From an uncultured Bacteroidales bacterium (lineage in GTDB: Bacteria > Bacteroidota > Bacteroidia > Bacteroidales > P3), in contig CALUMK010000007.1 in the NCBI GenBank assembly GCA_944321735.1, positions 17,864-81,863 on the forward strand: 64,000 nt of DNA, written 5' to 3'. Position 1 is the first letter of the stretch. The number at the start of each line of letters is the position of its first letter. Below, one piece after another: positions 63,638 to 64,000 of this stretch. Both the position numbers and the translations under genes were made by a program. Under the pieces are notes generated by a model. It saw only the letters and a program-made list of their open reading frames with translations. It ran no database searches and was not told where the DNA came from.

Positions 63638-64000
63638 ATGGCACAACGTTATATATTCCGTCTTCTATCAGTAATATTACTGCTTTTTGCAGGAGAAGTC
63701 TCTTTTGCGCAAGAGAAAGGGAGAAGCAGGGAAGATTTTATGGCGTCTCTTGTTGGTCAGGTGGATAGACTGATGCATGTGGACTCTGTGTTTAATCCTG
63801 GCAATTACAAGGAGAGGGATTCCATGTGGCAGGAGACCAAAAGGTTGGGCTATCCCGATTCTTTATTTGTCGAGGTAATTCATAATACAGGTTATGAAGC
63901 GGTGATGAGAGGCTTGCACGTGGAAGTGGCCAAATTGTTTACGGATGCTGTCAATTACGTTCAAGGGAGTTCGGATCCACAGAAAACCAAATACCTTATC
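63638..64000 (+). CDS. N-terminal part of a secreted or membrane-anchored protein (3' end beyond the window); possibly a third TPR-AraC-type regulator
   Basis: It is absent from the ORF track because there is no stop codon. ATG 63638 opens 121 stop-free codons: MAQRYIFRLLSVILLLFAGEVSFAQEKGRSREDFMASLVGQVDRLMHV.... The signal-like N-terminus and AT-rich composition resemble the starts of 1884..3656 and 37223..39007. The family assignment is speculative. Confidence 0.4.
   Translation, partial: MAQRYIFRLLSVILLLFAGEVSFAQEKGRSREDFMASLVGQVDRLMHVDSVFNPGNYKERDSMWQETKRLGYPDSLFVEVIHNTGYEAVMRGLHVEVAKLFTDAVNYVQGSSDPQKTKYLI

Noticed and set aside
1-64000. A search for mobile-element hallmarks (integrase, transposase, relaxase, phage genes, long terminal inverted repeats) that might explain the accessory genes.
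   Set aside because: I recognised none in any of the listed ORFs. The accessory genes (the array, the DUF4143 ATPase, fic) appear embedded in ordinary chromosomal context, so no mobile element is called.

Overview
This 64-kb segment looks like chromosomal DNA from a Bacteroidota (Bacteroidales-type) genome. Supporting signs are TAnnTTTG -7 promoter boxes, almost no Shine-Dalgarno sequences, many lipoprotein signal peptides, and at least four cargo proteins with type IX secretion (T9SS) C-terminal domains. The GC-rich housekeeping genes are secA, prfB, tyrS, ppk1-ppx, nadA, rsmE, rubrerythrin, tRNA-Leu(UAG), a SpoU/TrmH methyltransferase, an MnmD-like methyltransferase, a sugar MFS transporter, and acyl-CoA dehydrogenase with etfB-etfA. 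prfB carries the classical +1 programmed frameshift, which the ORF track does not show. These genes avoid TTA/CTA/TCA codons so strongly that they cast very long codon-aligned antisense ORFs, which I treat as artefacts. The accessory content includes a Fic protein in an AT-rich patch, a DUF4143 AAA ATPase, three TPR-TM-AraC regulators, and an ECF sigma/anti-sigma module with GIN-domain (DUF2807) proteins. It also includes an atypical PEP-utilizer (dikinase-like) protein without a recognisable PEP/pyruvate domain. The most unusual structure is a tandem array at 14.4-22.3 kb of four equal-length (513 codon) paralogs of a predicted AAA-ATPase-like + PD-(D/E)XK nuclease protein. A fifth, divergent copy sits at 3983. 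Three array units repeat with an exact 1732-bp period. The copies share long 100%-identical tracts at their ends in a patchwork pattern while the central ~300 codons are diversified, which points to gene conversion and module shuffling. I flag this array as the best candidate for an undescribed (possibly conflict/defence-related) system. Other observations are an ~82-83-bp intergenic repeat family with a covarying hairpin and an outward -7 promoter box at two loci, phased 32-bp iteron-like repeats upstream of the DUF4143 ATPase, and 42-bp repeats upstream of fic. There is also a promoter-plus-hairpin region with no credible ORF upstream of secA. I found no CRISPR array, rRNA, integrase or transposase. 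All domain calls rest on motif recognition by eye, and no database search was run.
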